A stretch of 64,000 nucleotides of DNA. Source: an uncultured Acidobacteriota bacterium (GTDB taxonomy: Bacteria; Acidobacteriota; Thermoanaerobaculia; UBA5066; Gp7-AA6). Position numbers and translations under genes: made by a program. A model generated the notes under the pieces. It was not told the origin of the DNA and made no database searches. It saw only the letters and a program-made list of their open reading frames with translations. Each line of letters begins with the position of its first letter. The stretch's first letter is position 1. The DNA is taken from assembly GCA_963784935.1 (NCBI GenBank), contig CAWATD010000001.1:20991-84990 (forward strand). The letters are read 5' to 3'. Below are positions 30,616 to 44,969 of the stretch, piece by piece.

Positions 30616-31869
30616 GTGGACATCCTGCGCGAAGACGTCGCCGAGAAGAAGCGCAAGAAGCGGCTGGTGATCGCCGCGGCCTCGGCGGCCGCGATCCTCC
30701 TGATCACGCTCGGGCTCTCGCGCCTGAAGCCGGCCGCGCCGACGGTCGAGAAGAGCGCGATCTGGATGGACACGGTCAAGCGCGGGCCGATGCTGCGGCA
30801 GGTGCGGGGCCCGGGCACGCTCGTGCCCGAGGAGATCCGCTACATCTCGGCGGCGACCGAGGGGCGGGTCGAGAGGCTCGTCATCCTCCCGGGAGCTCCC
30901 GTCAAGCCCGACTCGATCCTGCTCGAGCTGTCCAATCCCGTGCTCGAGCGGGACGCCCTCGACGCGGAGTCGCAGCTGCGGGCGGCGCAGGCGGAGCTCC
31001 TCAACGTGCGCGCACACGCGGATCGCGAGGTCATGGACCAGCAGGCCGCGGCCGCGACCGTGCGCTCCGACTTCCACCAGGCGGAGCTCCAGGCCGCGGC
31101 GAACGAGGGGCTTTTCAAGGAAGGCCTGATCGCAGATCTGACCGTCAAACTTTCGCGCGTGCGCGCCGAGGAGCTCTCGACGCGCAACGCGATCGAAGAG
31201 AGGCGCGTCGCCAGCGTCGCCGACGCGGCAAAGGCGCAGGTGGCCGTGCAGGAGGCGCACGTCGAGCAGTTGAAGGCGCTCGCGGCGCTCAAGCGCTCGC
31301 AGAAGGAAGCGCTCCATGTCCGCGCCGGCATCTCCGGCGTGCTGCAGGAACTGCCGGTGCAGGTCGGCCAGCAGCTGACACCGGGCGCGACGCTCGCCAA
31401 GGTCGCGGAGCCGACGAAATTGAAAGCGCAGCTGAAGATCGCCGAGACGCAGGCCAAGGACGTCCAGATCGGCCAGCCGGTCTCGATCGACACGCGCAAT
31501 GGCCTGGTCGCGGGCAAGGTCTCGCGCATCGACCCCGCCGTGCAGAACGGCACGGTCACGGTGGACGCGGCGCTCGAGGGCGCCCTGCCCCAGGGCGCGC
31601 GGCCGGACCTCTCGGTCGACGGCACGATCGAGCTCGATCGCCTGGCGGACGTCCTCTTCGTCGGGCGCCCGGCGTTCGGCCAGGAGAAGAGTCAGGTGGG
31701 ACTCTTCCGGGTCGACGAAGGCGGCGACGAGGCCGTGCGCGTGAAGGTGCGCCTCGGCAAGAGCTCGGTGAACACGGTGGAGATCCTCGAGGGATTGAAG
31801 CCGGGCGACAAGGTGATTCTCTCGGACATGAGCGCGTGGGACGCGTACGACAGAGTGCGGCTGAAGTAG
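30616..31869 (+). CDS. Efflux periplasmic adaptor (membrane fusion protein, MacA/HlyD family)
   Basis: The ORF is intact at 417 aa. It has an N-terminal TM helix ([18 protein letters not shown]), a long coiled-coil ([17 protein letters not shown]...[20 protein letters not shown]), a lipoyl/beta-barrel part ([29 protein letters not shown]) and GQPVSIDT. Confidence 0.85.
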   Translation: MDILREDVAEKKRKKRLVIAAASAAAILLITLGLSRLKPAAPTVEKSAIWMDTVKRGPMLRQVRGPGTLVPEEIRYISAATEGRVERLVILPGAPVKPDSILLELSNPVLERDALDAESQLRAAQAELLNVRAHADREVMDQQAAAATVRSDFHQAELQAAANEGLFKEGLIADLTVKLSRVRAEELSTRNAIEERRVASVADAAKAQVAVQEAHVEQLKALAALKRSQKEALHVRAGISGVLQELPVQVGQQLTPGATLAKVAEPTKLKAQLKIAETQAKDVQIGQPVSIDTRNGLVAGKVSRIDPAVQNGTVTVDAALEGALPQGARPDLSVDGTIELDRLADVLFVGRPAFGQEKSQVGLFRVDEGGDEAVRVKVRLGKSSVNTVEILEGLKPGDKVILSDMSAWDAYDRVRLK

Positions 31870-31886
31870 CACAAGAGGAGCGAGGC

Positions 31887-35076
<3,190 letters not shown>

Positions 35077-35086
35077 AGGACCACGC

Positions 35087-35752
35087 ATGATCGCCCTGAC
35101 CAACGTCGACAAGTCCTATGCCACGCGCGCCGGCGAGACCTTCGTGCTCCGCCGGATCGACCTCGCGATCGCGGAAGGCGAGTTCGTGACGATCATGGGC
35201 CCGTCGGGCGCGGGTAAGTCCACGCTGCTCGCGATCCTCGGAATGCTCGACCACGACTGGCGGGGCGGCTACCGGCTGCTCGACCAGGACGTGCACGCGA
35301 TGAAGCCGAAGGACCGCATCGAGCTCAGCAAGAAGCACGTCGGCTTCGTGTTCCAGCAGTACCACCTGCTCGACAACCTGACGGTCGCCGAAAACCTCGA
35401 CATCCCCCTCTCCTACCGCAACGTCAAGGCCTCGGAAAGGGCCGCGACCGTCGCCGACACGCTCGACCGCTTCCAGATGGTGGGCAAGAAGGACCTCTTC
35501 CCGAACCAGCTCTCCGGCGGGCAGCAGCAGCTCGTCGGCGTGGCACGGGCGCTCATCGCGAAGCCCAAGCTGCTGCTGGCCGACGAGCCGACCGGCAACC
35601 TCCATTCGGACCAGGGGCGCGAGATCATGCGCCTCTTCAAGAAGCTGAACGACGAGGGGACCACCATCGTGCAGGTGACGCACTCCGAGGAAAACGCGAC
35701 GTTCGGAAATCGGATCGTGCGCCTGCGCGACGGCTGGATCGTGAACGACTGA
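35087..35752 (+). CDS. MacB/LolD-type ABC ATP-binding protein 2
   Basis: The ORF is intact at 221 aa. Motifs: [56 protein letters not shown]. Confidence 0.9.
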   Translation: MIALTNVDKSYATRAGETFVLRRIDLAIAEGEFVTIMGPSGAGKSTLLAILGMLDHDWRGGYRLLDQDVHAMKPKDRIELSKKHVGFVFQQYHLLDNLTVAENLDIPLSYRNVKASERAATVADTLDRFQMVGKKDLFPNQLSGGQQQLVGVARALIAKPKLLLADEPTGNLHSDQGREIMRLFKKLNDEGTTIVQVTHSEENATFGNRIVRLRDGWIVND

Positions 35753-35762
35753 GGACAGATCG

Positions 35763-38273
35763 ATGTCGCCTTTGCTCCAGGACCTGCGTTACGCCCTTCG
35801 GGCCTTCACCAAGAGCCCGACGTTCTCGGCGGTCGCCGTGGCCACGCTCGCCCTCGGGATCGGAGCCAACGCGGCGATCTTCGCGCTCGTCGACCGAGTC
35901 CTCATCCGCACGCTCCCGGTCGTCAACCCCGGCGAGCTCGTGCTCCTGCGGTCCCCCGGACCCAAGCAGGGCCGCACGTCGTCGGACGGGGATGACGCGT
36001 TCTGCTTTTCCTATCCGACGTACCACGACCTCGCCGAGCAGGCGAAGGTCTTCGCGGGCCTGATCGGCGAAGTGCCCTTCTCCGCGAGCATCGCCGCGAG
36101 GGGCGAGACCGAACGGGCGTCCGGCGAGCTCGTGACCGGCAACTACTTCGGGGTCCTCGGGGTTCCGCCCGCGCTCGGCCGCGTCCTGACGCCCGCGGAC
36201 GACCAGACGAAGGGCGCGCACCCGGTCGCCGTGATCTCTCACGGTTACTGGCAGCGGCGATTCGGCGGGGATGCGTCGATCCTCGGGAAGCCCGTGATCG
36301 TCAACGGCGAGTCCTTCACGATCATCGGCGTCTCGGCGAAAACCTTCGAAGGCATCCAGGCCGGCCGGCGCGCGGACCTCTTCGTCCCGATGATGATGAA
36401 GCCGCAGATGACGCCGTTCTGGGACGGCCTCGACGATCCGAAGGACTACTGGCTGCAGATCGTCGGGCGCCTGAAGCCAGGACTCTCCCGGTCGGCCGCC
36501 GAGCGCGAGCTCGCGGCGACCTTCCGGCCGGTGCTCGAGCAGCTCCTGCCGCGGATGACCGGCTGGAGCGACGTGCGCAAGAAGGAGTTCCTCAACCGGA
36601 AGATCGAGCTTCTCTCCGGCGCGCGCGGGCGCCGCACGCTTCAACAAGGGGTCGGAACGCCGCTCGCCTCCCTGATGGGAATGGTGGGCCTGGTGCTCCT
36701 GATCGCCTGCTCGAACCTGGCCGGCCTCCTGGCCGCCCGCGGCGCGGCCCGCCAGCGCGAGTACGGCATCCGTCTGGCGATCGGGGCCAGCCGCGCGCAG
36801 CTGCTGCGCCAGTCGATCGTCGAATGCCTCGTCTTCTCCGTTCGTCGGCGGGGCGCTCGGCCTCCTGCTCGCGGCCTGGCTCCTGAACGGCGCTGCTCTC
36901 CGCCTTCCCCGCCGACGCCGACCTGCGCCAGATCGCGCGCCCAGATCGATCCGCGCGTGCTCGCGCTTCGGTGCCGCCCTGCTCGCTCGTGGCGGGCATC
37001 CTCTTCGGCGTCGGGCCCGCGTACCGGGCGGCGCGGCTGGATCCCGCGCGGACGCTGCGCGGCCAGGGGCGCGGCGCCACGTCTCCGGGACGCGAAGCCC
37101 TTCGCCTGCGCAATGGTCTCGTCATCGCCCAGGTGGCCCTGACGCTCGTCCTGCTCGTGGCGGCCGGCCTCTTCACGCAGAGCCTGCGCAACCTCTCCCG
37201 GGTCGAGCTCGGCCTGAAGTTGGACAACGTCATCGGATTTTCCGTCGCGCCGAAGCTGAACGGCTACACCGCCGAGCGCACAGCGGCGTTCGCGCGCCGC
37301 CTGACCGAAGACCTCCAGGCGCTGCCCGGCGCTCGATCCGTCACCGCGGCGCAACTCGGCACGTTGAGCGGCAACGACATGGGGAGCGGGGTCATCCTGG
37401 AGGGCGCCGACAAGACGGCCGATGCTCCCCATTCCCGCATGAACCGCATCGGGCCGGACTACTTCGTCACGCTCGGAATTCCGCTTCTCGAGGGGCGGGC
37501 GATCACCTGGGCCGACGACGCCAACGCGCCCAAGGTCTGCGTCGTCAACGAGACCTTCGCGAAGAAGGTGCTGCCCGGAAAGCGCGCCATCGGCCAGCGG
37601 ATCGGGATCGGCGGACCCGACGACAAACCCGACACGGAAATCGTCGGCGTGGTCCGCGACAGCAAGGGCTCCCAGGTCAGCGAGGAGCCGAACCCCTTTG
37701 CCTATCTCCCCTACCTGCAGAACCCGCACCTGGGAGACCTCAACTTCTACGTCCGCACGGAACAGGATCCGGCGCAGCTCGCATCGGCTCTGCGCGCCGC
37801 GGTGAAGCGGCTCGATCCGCAGTTGCCCGTCGACGACCTGAAGACCCTGAACGCGCAGCTGAAGGAATCGCTGCTGACCGAGCGGCTGACCATGATGCTG
37901 TCGGTGGCGTTCGGCAGCCTCGCCGCTCTGCTCGCCGCGATCGGGATCTACGGCGTCCTCGCCTTCGCCGTGGCGCAGCGCCGGCAGGAGATCGGCGTGC
38001 GCATGGCCCTCGGCGCCGATCCGGCGGCCGTGCGCCGCCTGATCCTCGGCGAGGTCGTGCGGTTCGTGCTCGTCGGCGCCGTGATCGGCCTGCCCGTCGC
38101 CTACGCCGTGGCGCGGGTCGTGGAATCGATCCTCTTCGGCGTCCATGCCTCGGACGTGCCGCGTGTTCGCCTTCGGCCTGCTGCTGATGGCCGCGGTGGC
38201 CCTGCTCGCCGGATACCTGCCCGCGCACCGCGCGGCGCGGATCGATCCCCTGGACGCTCTGCGCAGCGACTAG
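35763..38273 (+). pseudogene. ADOP-family duplicated permease 2; 3 or more frame breaks (about 36840-36960 and about 38160)
   Basis: The N-terminus reads [41 protein letters not shown]. The FtsX halves read IACSNLAGLLAARGAARQREYGIRLAIGASR and AFAVAQRRQEIGVRMALGAD. The true C-terminus, GYLPAHRAARIDPLDALRSD with its stop at 38273, is in a frame different from ORF 36971..38302. Confidence 0.8.
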
Positions 38274-38317
38274 CAGTCGGTCCGAGGACACCGGTCCGTT
38301 AATGGTAGATTCCGGCC

Positions 38318-38725
38318 GTGGTCGAGGACAAAGCCGGCCGCGTCGAGAAGACCGACGACGAGTGGCGCGCGGGGCTGACTCCGGAGCAGTATCGGATCCT
38401 CCGGCAGAAAGGGACCGAGCGCGCCTTCACGGGCAAGTACTGGAACCACCACGCCCCGGGCGTTTACGCCTGTGCGGCCTGCGGCAACCCGCTCTTCGAC
38501 TCGGCCGCAAAGTTCGACTCGGAAACCGGCTGGCCGAGCTTCTCGACGCCCTCCGCAGAGACGAGCGTGAAGACCCACGAAGACGGCAGCGCCTACATGG
38601 CCCGCACGGAGGTGCTCTGCCGGCGCTGCGACTCGCACCTCGGGCACGTCTTCGACGACGGCCCCGAGCCCACGGGCCTGCGCTACTGCATGAACTCGGC
38701 GGCGCTCGACTTCCGGCCCAAGTAG
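38318..38725 (+). CDS. msrB: Peptide-methionine (R)-S-oxide reductase
   Basis: The ORF is intact at 135 aa. Motifs: YRILRQKGTERAFTGKYW, the zinc-site CxxC pairs (CAACGNPLF and CRRCDSHLGHVF), GWPSF and RYCMNS. Confidence 0.9.
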   Translation: MVEDKAGRVEKTDDEWRAGLTPEQYRILRQKGTERAFTGKYWNHHAPGVYACAACGNPLFDSAAKFDSETGWPSFSTPSAETSVKTHEDGSAYMARTEVLCRRCDSHLGHVFDDGPEPTGLRYCMNSAALDFRPK

Positions 38726-38729
38726 GCCA

Positions 38730-39118
38730 GTGCAGCCGCTCACGCTTTCGGTCCTGCCCGATACGCTCGCGGTGTGCCGCCTCGGGCCCGACGACGCGCT
38801 GCCGGCGTGGGCGCGCGCCGGGGACTTTCGCGCCGTGACCCGGACGCCCTCGGAGCTCTCGATCGTCTGCCGCGAGGCGACCGTTCCGGCCGCGGTCACC
38901 GCCAACCGCGGCTGGCGCGCGATCGCGGTCGACGGCACGCTCGATTTCGCCCTGACGGGGATCCTCGCGGCCCTCGCGTCGCCCCTGGCCGCGGCCGGCG
39001 TCTCGATCTTCGCGATGTCGACCTACGACACGGACTACGTCCTCGTGAAGCAGGACACGCTCGACCGCGCGGTCGCGGCGCTGTCCGCGGCCGGCCATCG
39101 CTTCCCGGGTCTGGCGCC

Positions 39119-39122
<4 letters not shown>
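38730..39122 (+). CDS. ACT-domain-containing protein (ACT_7-like small ligand-binding protein)
   Basis: The ORF is 130 aa. It reads LSVLPDTLAVCRL...ELSIVCRE...AIAVDGTLDFALTGILAALASPLAAAGVSIFAMSTYDTDYVLVK, a typical ACT fold pattern. It starts 4 nt after msrB and overlaps the next gene by 4 nt. Confidence 0.6.
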
Positions 39123-40471
<1,349 letters not shown>

Positions 40472-40477
40472 CCGAGC

Positions 40478-41800
40478 GTGAAACCGCTGGCGCACGATCG
40501 GCGGATCGTCCTCTACGCGCTCGGCGCGGCACTGCCGGCCGTGGTCACGGCGCTCGGCATTCTCTGGACGGGCGACTACAGCTCGAGGCTCCGCTGGACC
40601 CTGACCGCGGTGGTCGTCGTCGCGTGGCTCGCGTTCACCCGGGCCCTGCGCGAGCAGGTCGTCCGGCCGCTCCAGACGGTCTCGAACCTGCTGGCCGCGA
40701 TGCGCGAGGAGGACTTCTCGATCCGGGCGCGCGGGGCGCGGGGCGACGACCCGCTCGGCGAGGTGCTGATCGAGGTCAACGCCCTCGCCGAGACCCTGCG
40801 CGAGCAGCGCCTCGGCGCGATCGAGGCGACGGCCCTGCTCTCGCGGGTCATGGAAGAGATCGCGGTCGCGGTCTTCGCGTTCGACGGCGAGGGCGCCCTC
40901 CAGCTCGTCAACCGGTTCGGAGAACGGCTCCTCGGCCAGCCCGAGCCGCGCCTGCGCGGGCGGCGCGCGGAGGAGCTGGGACTCGCGGCGTTTCTCGAGG
41001 ACGGCGCTCCGCAGATCCTCGAGGCCGGGTTTCCCGGCGGCTCGGGCCGGTGGGAGATCCGCCGCAGCGTGTTCCGGCAGGGCGGCGCGCCGCATCGGCT
41101 GCTGGTGCTCGCCGACGTGAGCCGGCCGCTGCGCGAAGAGGAGCGGCAGGCGTGGCAGCGGCTCATCCGCGTGCTCGGCCACGAGCTGAACAACTCGCTG
41201 GCCCCGATCCAGTCGATCGCGGGCAGCCTGCAGAAGCTCTCCGCGGCAGCCGAGCCGCCCGCCGACTGGCGCGCGGACCTGCAGCAGGGCCTCTCGATCA
41301 TCGCGTCCCGGGCGGAGGCACTCTCCCGATTCACGACCGCGTACGCCAGGCTCGCGCGCCTTCCGCCGCCGCGCCTCGGCCCCGTGGCGGTGGACGCGAT
41401 CGTGCGCCGCGCGGCGAGCCTCGAAACCAGGCTCCCGGTCGGAGTGATCCCCGGGCCCCCGGTCACCATCCAGGCGGACTCCGATCAACTCGAACAGCTC
41501 CTGATCAACCTCGTCCGCAATGCCACCGACGCCGCCCTCGAGACCCACGGCGGCGTCGCCCTCGGCTGGAAGCGCGCGGGCCGGCGACTCGAGATCTGGA
41601 TCGCCGATGACGGGCCGGGGCTTCCGAACACGACGAACCTCTTCGTCCCGTTTTTCACGACGAAGCCCGGCGGCTCTGGCATCGGGCTCGTGCTCTCCCG
41701 GCAGATCGCGGAAGCGCACGGCGGCACGCTGACGCTCGAAAACCGCCAGGGCCATCGCGGCTGCATCGCCTGGCTGCGCCTGCCCTGGGGTCAGGTCTGA
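40478..41800 (+). CDS. Sensor histidine kinase (2 TM + HAMP + PAS-like + HisKA + HATPase_c)
   Basis: The ORF is intact at 440 aa. The H-box reads RVLGHELNNSLAPI, the N-box LINLVRNATDA, and the G-boxes DDGPGL and KPGGSGIGL. Confidence 0.85.
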   Translation: MKPLAHDRRIVLYALGAALPAVVTALGILWTGDYSSRLRWTLTAVVVVAWLAFTRALREQVVRPLQTVSNLLAAMREEDFSIRARGARGDDPLGEVLIEVNALAETLREQRLGAIEATALLSRVMEEIAVAVFAFDGEGALQLVNRFGERLLGQPEPRLRGRRAEELGLAAFLEDGAPQILEAGFPGGSGRWEIRRSVFRQGGAPHRLLVLADVSRPLREEERQAWQRLIRVLGHELNNSLAPIQSIAGSLQKLSAAAEPPADWRADLQQGLSIIASRAEALSRFTTAYARLARLPPPRLGPVAVDAIVRRAASLETRLPVGVIPGPPVTIQADSDQLEQLLINLVRNATDAALETHGGVALGWKRAGRRLEIWIADDGPGLPNTTNLFVPFFTTKPGGSGIGLVLSRQIAEAHGGTLTLENRQGHRGCIAWLRLPWGQV

Positions 41801-41852
41801 AATCTTCGGACTTCCGTTGACAGGGCGCAAACTCCGAAGAATCCAGACCTGA
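41791..41852 (+). terminator. Long imperfect inverted repeat (20-bp arms, 18/20 paired, 22-nt spacer) at the 3-prime end of the kinase gene
   Basis: tcaggtctgaaatcttcgga (41791-41810) pairs with tccgaagaatccagacctga (41833-41852). The spacer contains ttgaca. No U-tract follows, so its role as a terminator is uncertain. Confidence 0.35.
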
Positions 41853-41884
41853 CCCCGTGACCGTTCGTCCTCGGCCAGAGGCCT

Positions 41885-44800
41885 TTGGTCCCGGGACTAT
41901 TGGAGGACGGGCCCCACTCGCGGTCTCCTGCCTTCGTGCGCTTCAGCGGCGTCCGGCTTCCCACGACCGCGCTCGCCCTGGCGTTCTGCGCCGGGACCGC
42001 TCCCGGCCTGGACCCGGCGATTCCGCCGTCCCAGTACGGGCACGACGTGTGGACGAGCGACTCCGGCCTTCCGCAGAACTCGGTGACCGCCATCGTCCAG
42101 ACGCGGGACGGATACCTTTGGCTCGGCACGCAGGAAGGCCTCGTGCGATTCGACGGGGTGCGGTTCACGATCTTCGACACGCGCAACACGCCCGCCCTCT
42201 CGGACGACTGGGTCCAGGCGCTGGCCGAGACCCGCGACGGCTCGCTCTGGATCGGCACGGTGAGCGGACTCGTCCGCATGCGCGGGAGGCAGTTCGAGGC
42301 CTTCTCCGCGGGTGGCATCGACCGTGCCCAGGTCGGCGCGCTTTTCGAGGATTCGCGCGGCGCGCTCTGGGCCGGGACGAATCTCGGCGCGACGCGCATC
42401 ACGGCCGGATCGGTGAGGACCTTTACCGACTGCGACGGGCTGCCCGGACCGTGGGTCCGTTCGATCGGAGAGGACTCGGAGGGCCGTGTCTGGGTTGGCG
42501 GGCTGTGGGGTGCGGCGCGCCTGGACGGAGAGAAGTTCGCCGCGTGGACCGTGGCCGACGGATTTCCCGGAGCCGCGCTGGCGATCCTGCCCGATCCCGA
42601 AGGCGGGATGTGGGTCGGGACGGGCCGCGGACTTGCCCACGTCGACGGATTCTCCACCGCGCTCTACGGCGAGGCCGCCGGGCTCACGAACACGCTCGTC
42701 CGGGCGCTCCATCGCGACGGAGACGGGAATCTCTGGCTCGGCACCGACGGCGGCATTTTCCGGTTTCGCGAGGGGCGTTTCCTGCGTCACGGCGCATCCG
42801 ATGGCCTGTCGAGTGACCGCGTTCTCGCGCTGGCCGAAGACCGCGAAGGCAGCCTCTGGGTTGGCACCTCGGATGGCGGGCTCGACCGCGTCCAGGCGCA
42901 GCGCATGACCATGCACACGGAGCGCGAGGGACTCTCGGAGGACAAGCTGTGGTCGGTGTTCGAGGACAGCCGCGGGAACCTGTGGGCCGGCACGGCCGAC
43001 GGCGTCCTGAACCGCCGCGCGCCGGGCAGGGAGCGGTTCGAGCGATTCGCCAAGCTCGGCGCCTCGATCCAGGCGATCACCGAGGGCCCGGACGGGGCGC
43101 TCTGGATCGGAACGCGCGGCGCCGGCCTCGTGCGGCTCGAGGGCCGGACGCAGAAGCGCTACACCATGGCCGACGGGCTTTCCGGCAACGCGATCGCGTC
43201 GCTCCTCGTCGACCGCAGGGGCGTCGTCTGGGCCGGGACGATGGCCGCCGGATTGAACCGCTTCGAGGGCGGCCGGTTCGTCACGTACCGTGCCCGGGAC
43301 GGGCTTGCGTCCGACGCGATCTTCTCGCTCTTCGAAGACCGAGCGGGCGCGATCTGGATCAGCACCTTCGGCGGCGGCGTCAGCCGATTCGCCGACGGCA
43401 AGTTCCGGACCTTCACGACGAAGGACGGGCTGCCCCACGACGTCGTCATGTCGGTGTACCAGGACGCCGACGGAACGTACTGGTTCGCCACGCGCGGCGG
43501 GCTCAGCCGCTACCGGGAGAGCCGCTTCACGACCTACCGTCAGAAGGAAGGCGTCTTCCACGACGCCGCGCAGAAGGTCCTCGAGGACGGCCGCGGCTAT
43601 CTGTGGCTGACGAGCAATCGCGGGGTCTTCCGCGTCTCGCTCGCCGAGCTCGCGGCCGCGGCCAGCGCGCCCGGCCACATCAATGACCGCGCCACGTTCA
43701 CGACGGCGACCCGCATCATCCCGGCCGAGTGCAACGGGACGCAGCACGGCGCCTGGAGAAGCCGCGACGGGCGCCTCTGGTTCGCGACGGTCAAGGGCCT
43801 CGCCATGGCCGATCCCGCGCGCATCGCGCTCAACACGGTCGCACCCGCGGTCGTCATCGAGCAGGTCGTGGCCGGAGGGGCCCGGCTCGACCCGTCGGGC
43901 GGGCTCCGCATGCCGCCGGGTACGGACAAGCTCGAGTTCGGGTACACCGGCCTCTCTTTCCGCAACCCGCAGGCGGTCCGCTTCCGCTACCGTCTCGAGG
44001 GCTTCGAACGCGACTGGGTGGACGCCGGGCCCAGACGCACCGCGTACTACACGAACCTGCCTCCCGGTCATTACCGCTTCCAGGTCCTGGCCGCCAACGA
44101 GGACGGCGTGTGGAGCCGGACCGCGGCCTCCTGCGACATCGCGCTCGCCCGCCACTTCTACGAGACGGCCTGGTTCCGTGCGTCCGCCCTCCTGGCCGCG
44201 GCATTGGCCGCCGCGCTCGGCTACCGGCTCCGCGTCCGGCGCTTCGAGGCCCGCGAACGCCTGCGCACCGCGCTCGTCGAAGCGCAGCTCGACGCCCTGC
44301 AGTTCCAGCTGCGGCCGCACTTTCTCTTCAACACGCTCAACAGCGTCCTGCCCCTCATCGGCAGGGACCCGGAGCGCGCGCGCCAGATGGTCGTGCGCCT
44401 CGGAGATCTCCTGCGCCTCTCCCTGCGGTCGGAGGAGACGCCGCTCGTCACGCTCGAGGAAGAGATCGCGATCCTCGAGAAGTACCTCTCGATCGAAAAG
44501 GTCCGCTTCCGCGACCGCCTCGAGGTCGAGATTGCGATCGAGCCGGCCGTGGCGGCGGCGAGCGTCCCGAGCTTCCTGCTGCAGCCCCTCGTCGAGAACG
44601 CGATCAAGCACGGCCTCGCGGGGCGCGCGGGGCGGGGCCGTATTTCGATCATGGCGCGGGCCGAGCGGGGGCAGCTCGCCATCCGCCTGCGCGACAACGG
44701 GCCCGGGCCGAGCGACGACCACGACGAGTCGAACGGGATCGGCCTGCGCAACACGCGCCGCCGGCTCGAGGCCCTGTATCCGGGAGCGCACCTTCTGGAG

Positions 44801-44929
44801 CTCGTCCCGGCGCCGGAAGGCGGCTGCGACGTCCGGATCCGGCTTCCACTCACCCTGGCGCACATCGCCGCGCGCAGGAAGGCGGCCGCGGACTCCGGGG
44901 ATCCCGTGGCCATCTCGCGGGCGTCGTAA
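41885..44929 (+). CDS. Hybrid sensor: periplasmic two-component-regulator propeller repeats + Y_Y_Y domain + TM + LytS/YehU-type histidine kinase
   Basis: The ORF is intact at 1014 aa. Repeated propeller blades read DGYLWLGTQEGLVRFDG and RDGSLWIGTVSGLVRM. The Y_Y_Y domain reads YYTNLPPGHYRFQVLAANEDGVWS. The His_kinase domain reads LRPHFLFNTLNSV, and the HATPase domain reads LQPLVENAIKHG...GIGLRNTRRRLE. The exact start is uncertain. Confidence 0.85.
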   Translation: MVPGLLEDGPHSRSPAFVRFSGVRLPTTALALAFCAGTAPGLDPAIPPSQYGHDVWTSDSGLPQNSVTAIVQTRDGYLWLGTQEGLVRFDGVRFTIFDTRNTPALSDDWVQALAETRDGSLWIGTVSGLVRMRGRQFEAFSAGGIDRAQVGALFEDSRGALWAGTNLGATRITAGSVRTFTDCDGLPGPWVRSIGEDSEGRVWVGGLWGAARLDGEKFAAWTVADGFPGAALAILPDPEGGMWVGTGRGLAHVDGFSTALYGEAAGLTNTLVRALHRDGDGNLWLGTDGGIFRFREGRFLRHGASDGLSSDRVLALAEDREGSLWVGTSDGGLDRVQAQRMTMHTEREGLSEDKLWSVFEDSRGNLWAGTADGVLNRRAPGRERFERFAKLGASIQAITEGPDGALWIGTRGAGLVRLEGRTQKRYTMADGLSGNAIASLLVDRRGVVWAGTMAAGLNRFEGGRFVTYRARDGLASDAIFSLFEDRAGAIWISTFGGGVSRFADGKFRTFTTKDGLPHDVVMSVYQDADGTYWFATRGGLSRYRESRFTTYRQKEGVFHDAAQKVLEDGRGYLWLTSNRGVFRVSLAELAAAASAPGHINDRATFTTATRIIPAECNGTQHGAWRSRDGRLWFATVKGLAMADPARIALNTVAPAVVIEQVVAGGARLDPSGGLRMPPGTDKLEFGYTGLSFRNPQAVRFRYRLEGFERDWVDAGPRRTAYYTNLPPGHYRFQVLAANEDGVWSRTAASCDIALARHFYETAWFRASALLAAALAAALGYRLRVRRFEARERLRTALVEAQLDALQFQLRPHFLFNTLNSVLPLIGRDPERARQMVVRLGDLLRLSLRSEETPLVTLEEEIAILEKYLSIEKVRFRDRLEVEIAIEPAVAAASVPSFLLQPLVENAIKHGLAGRAGRGRISIMARAERGQLAIRLRDNGPGPSDDHDESNGIGLRNTRRRLEALYPGAHLLELVPAPEGGCDVRIRLPLTLAHIAARRKAAADSGDPVAISRAS

Positions 44930-44969
44930 GGGAAAAACCCGGGTCTCGAGCCAGCGAGGGATCCGACGG

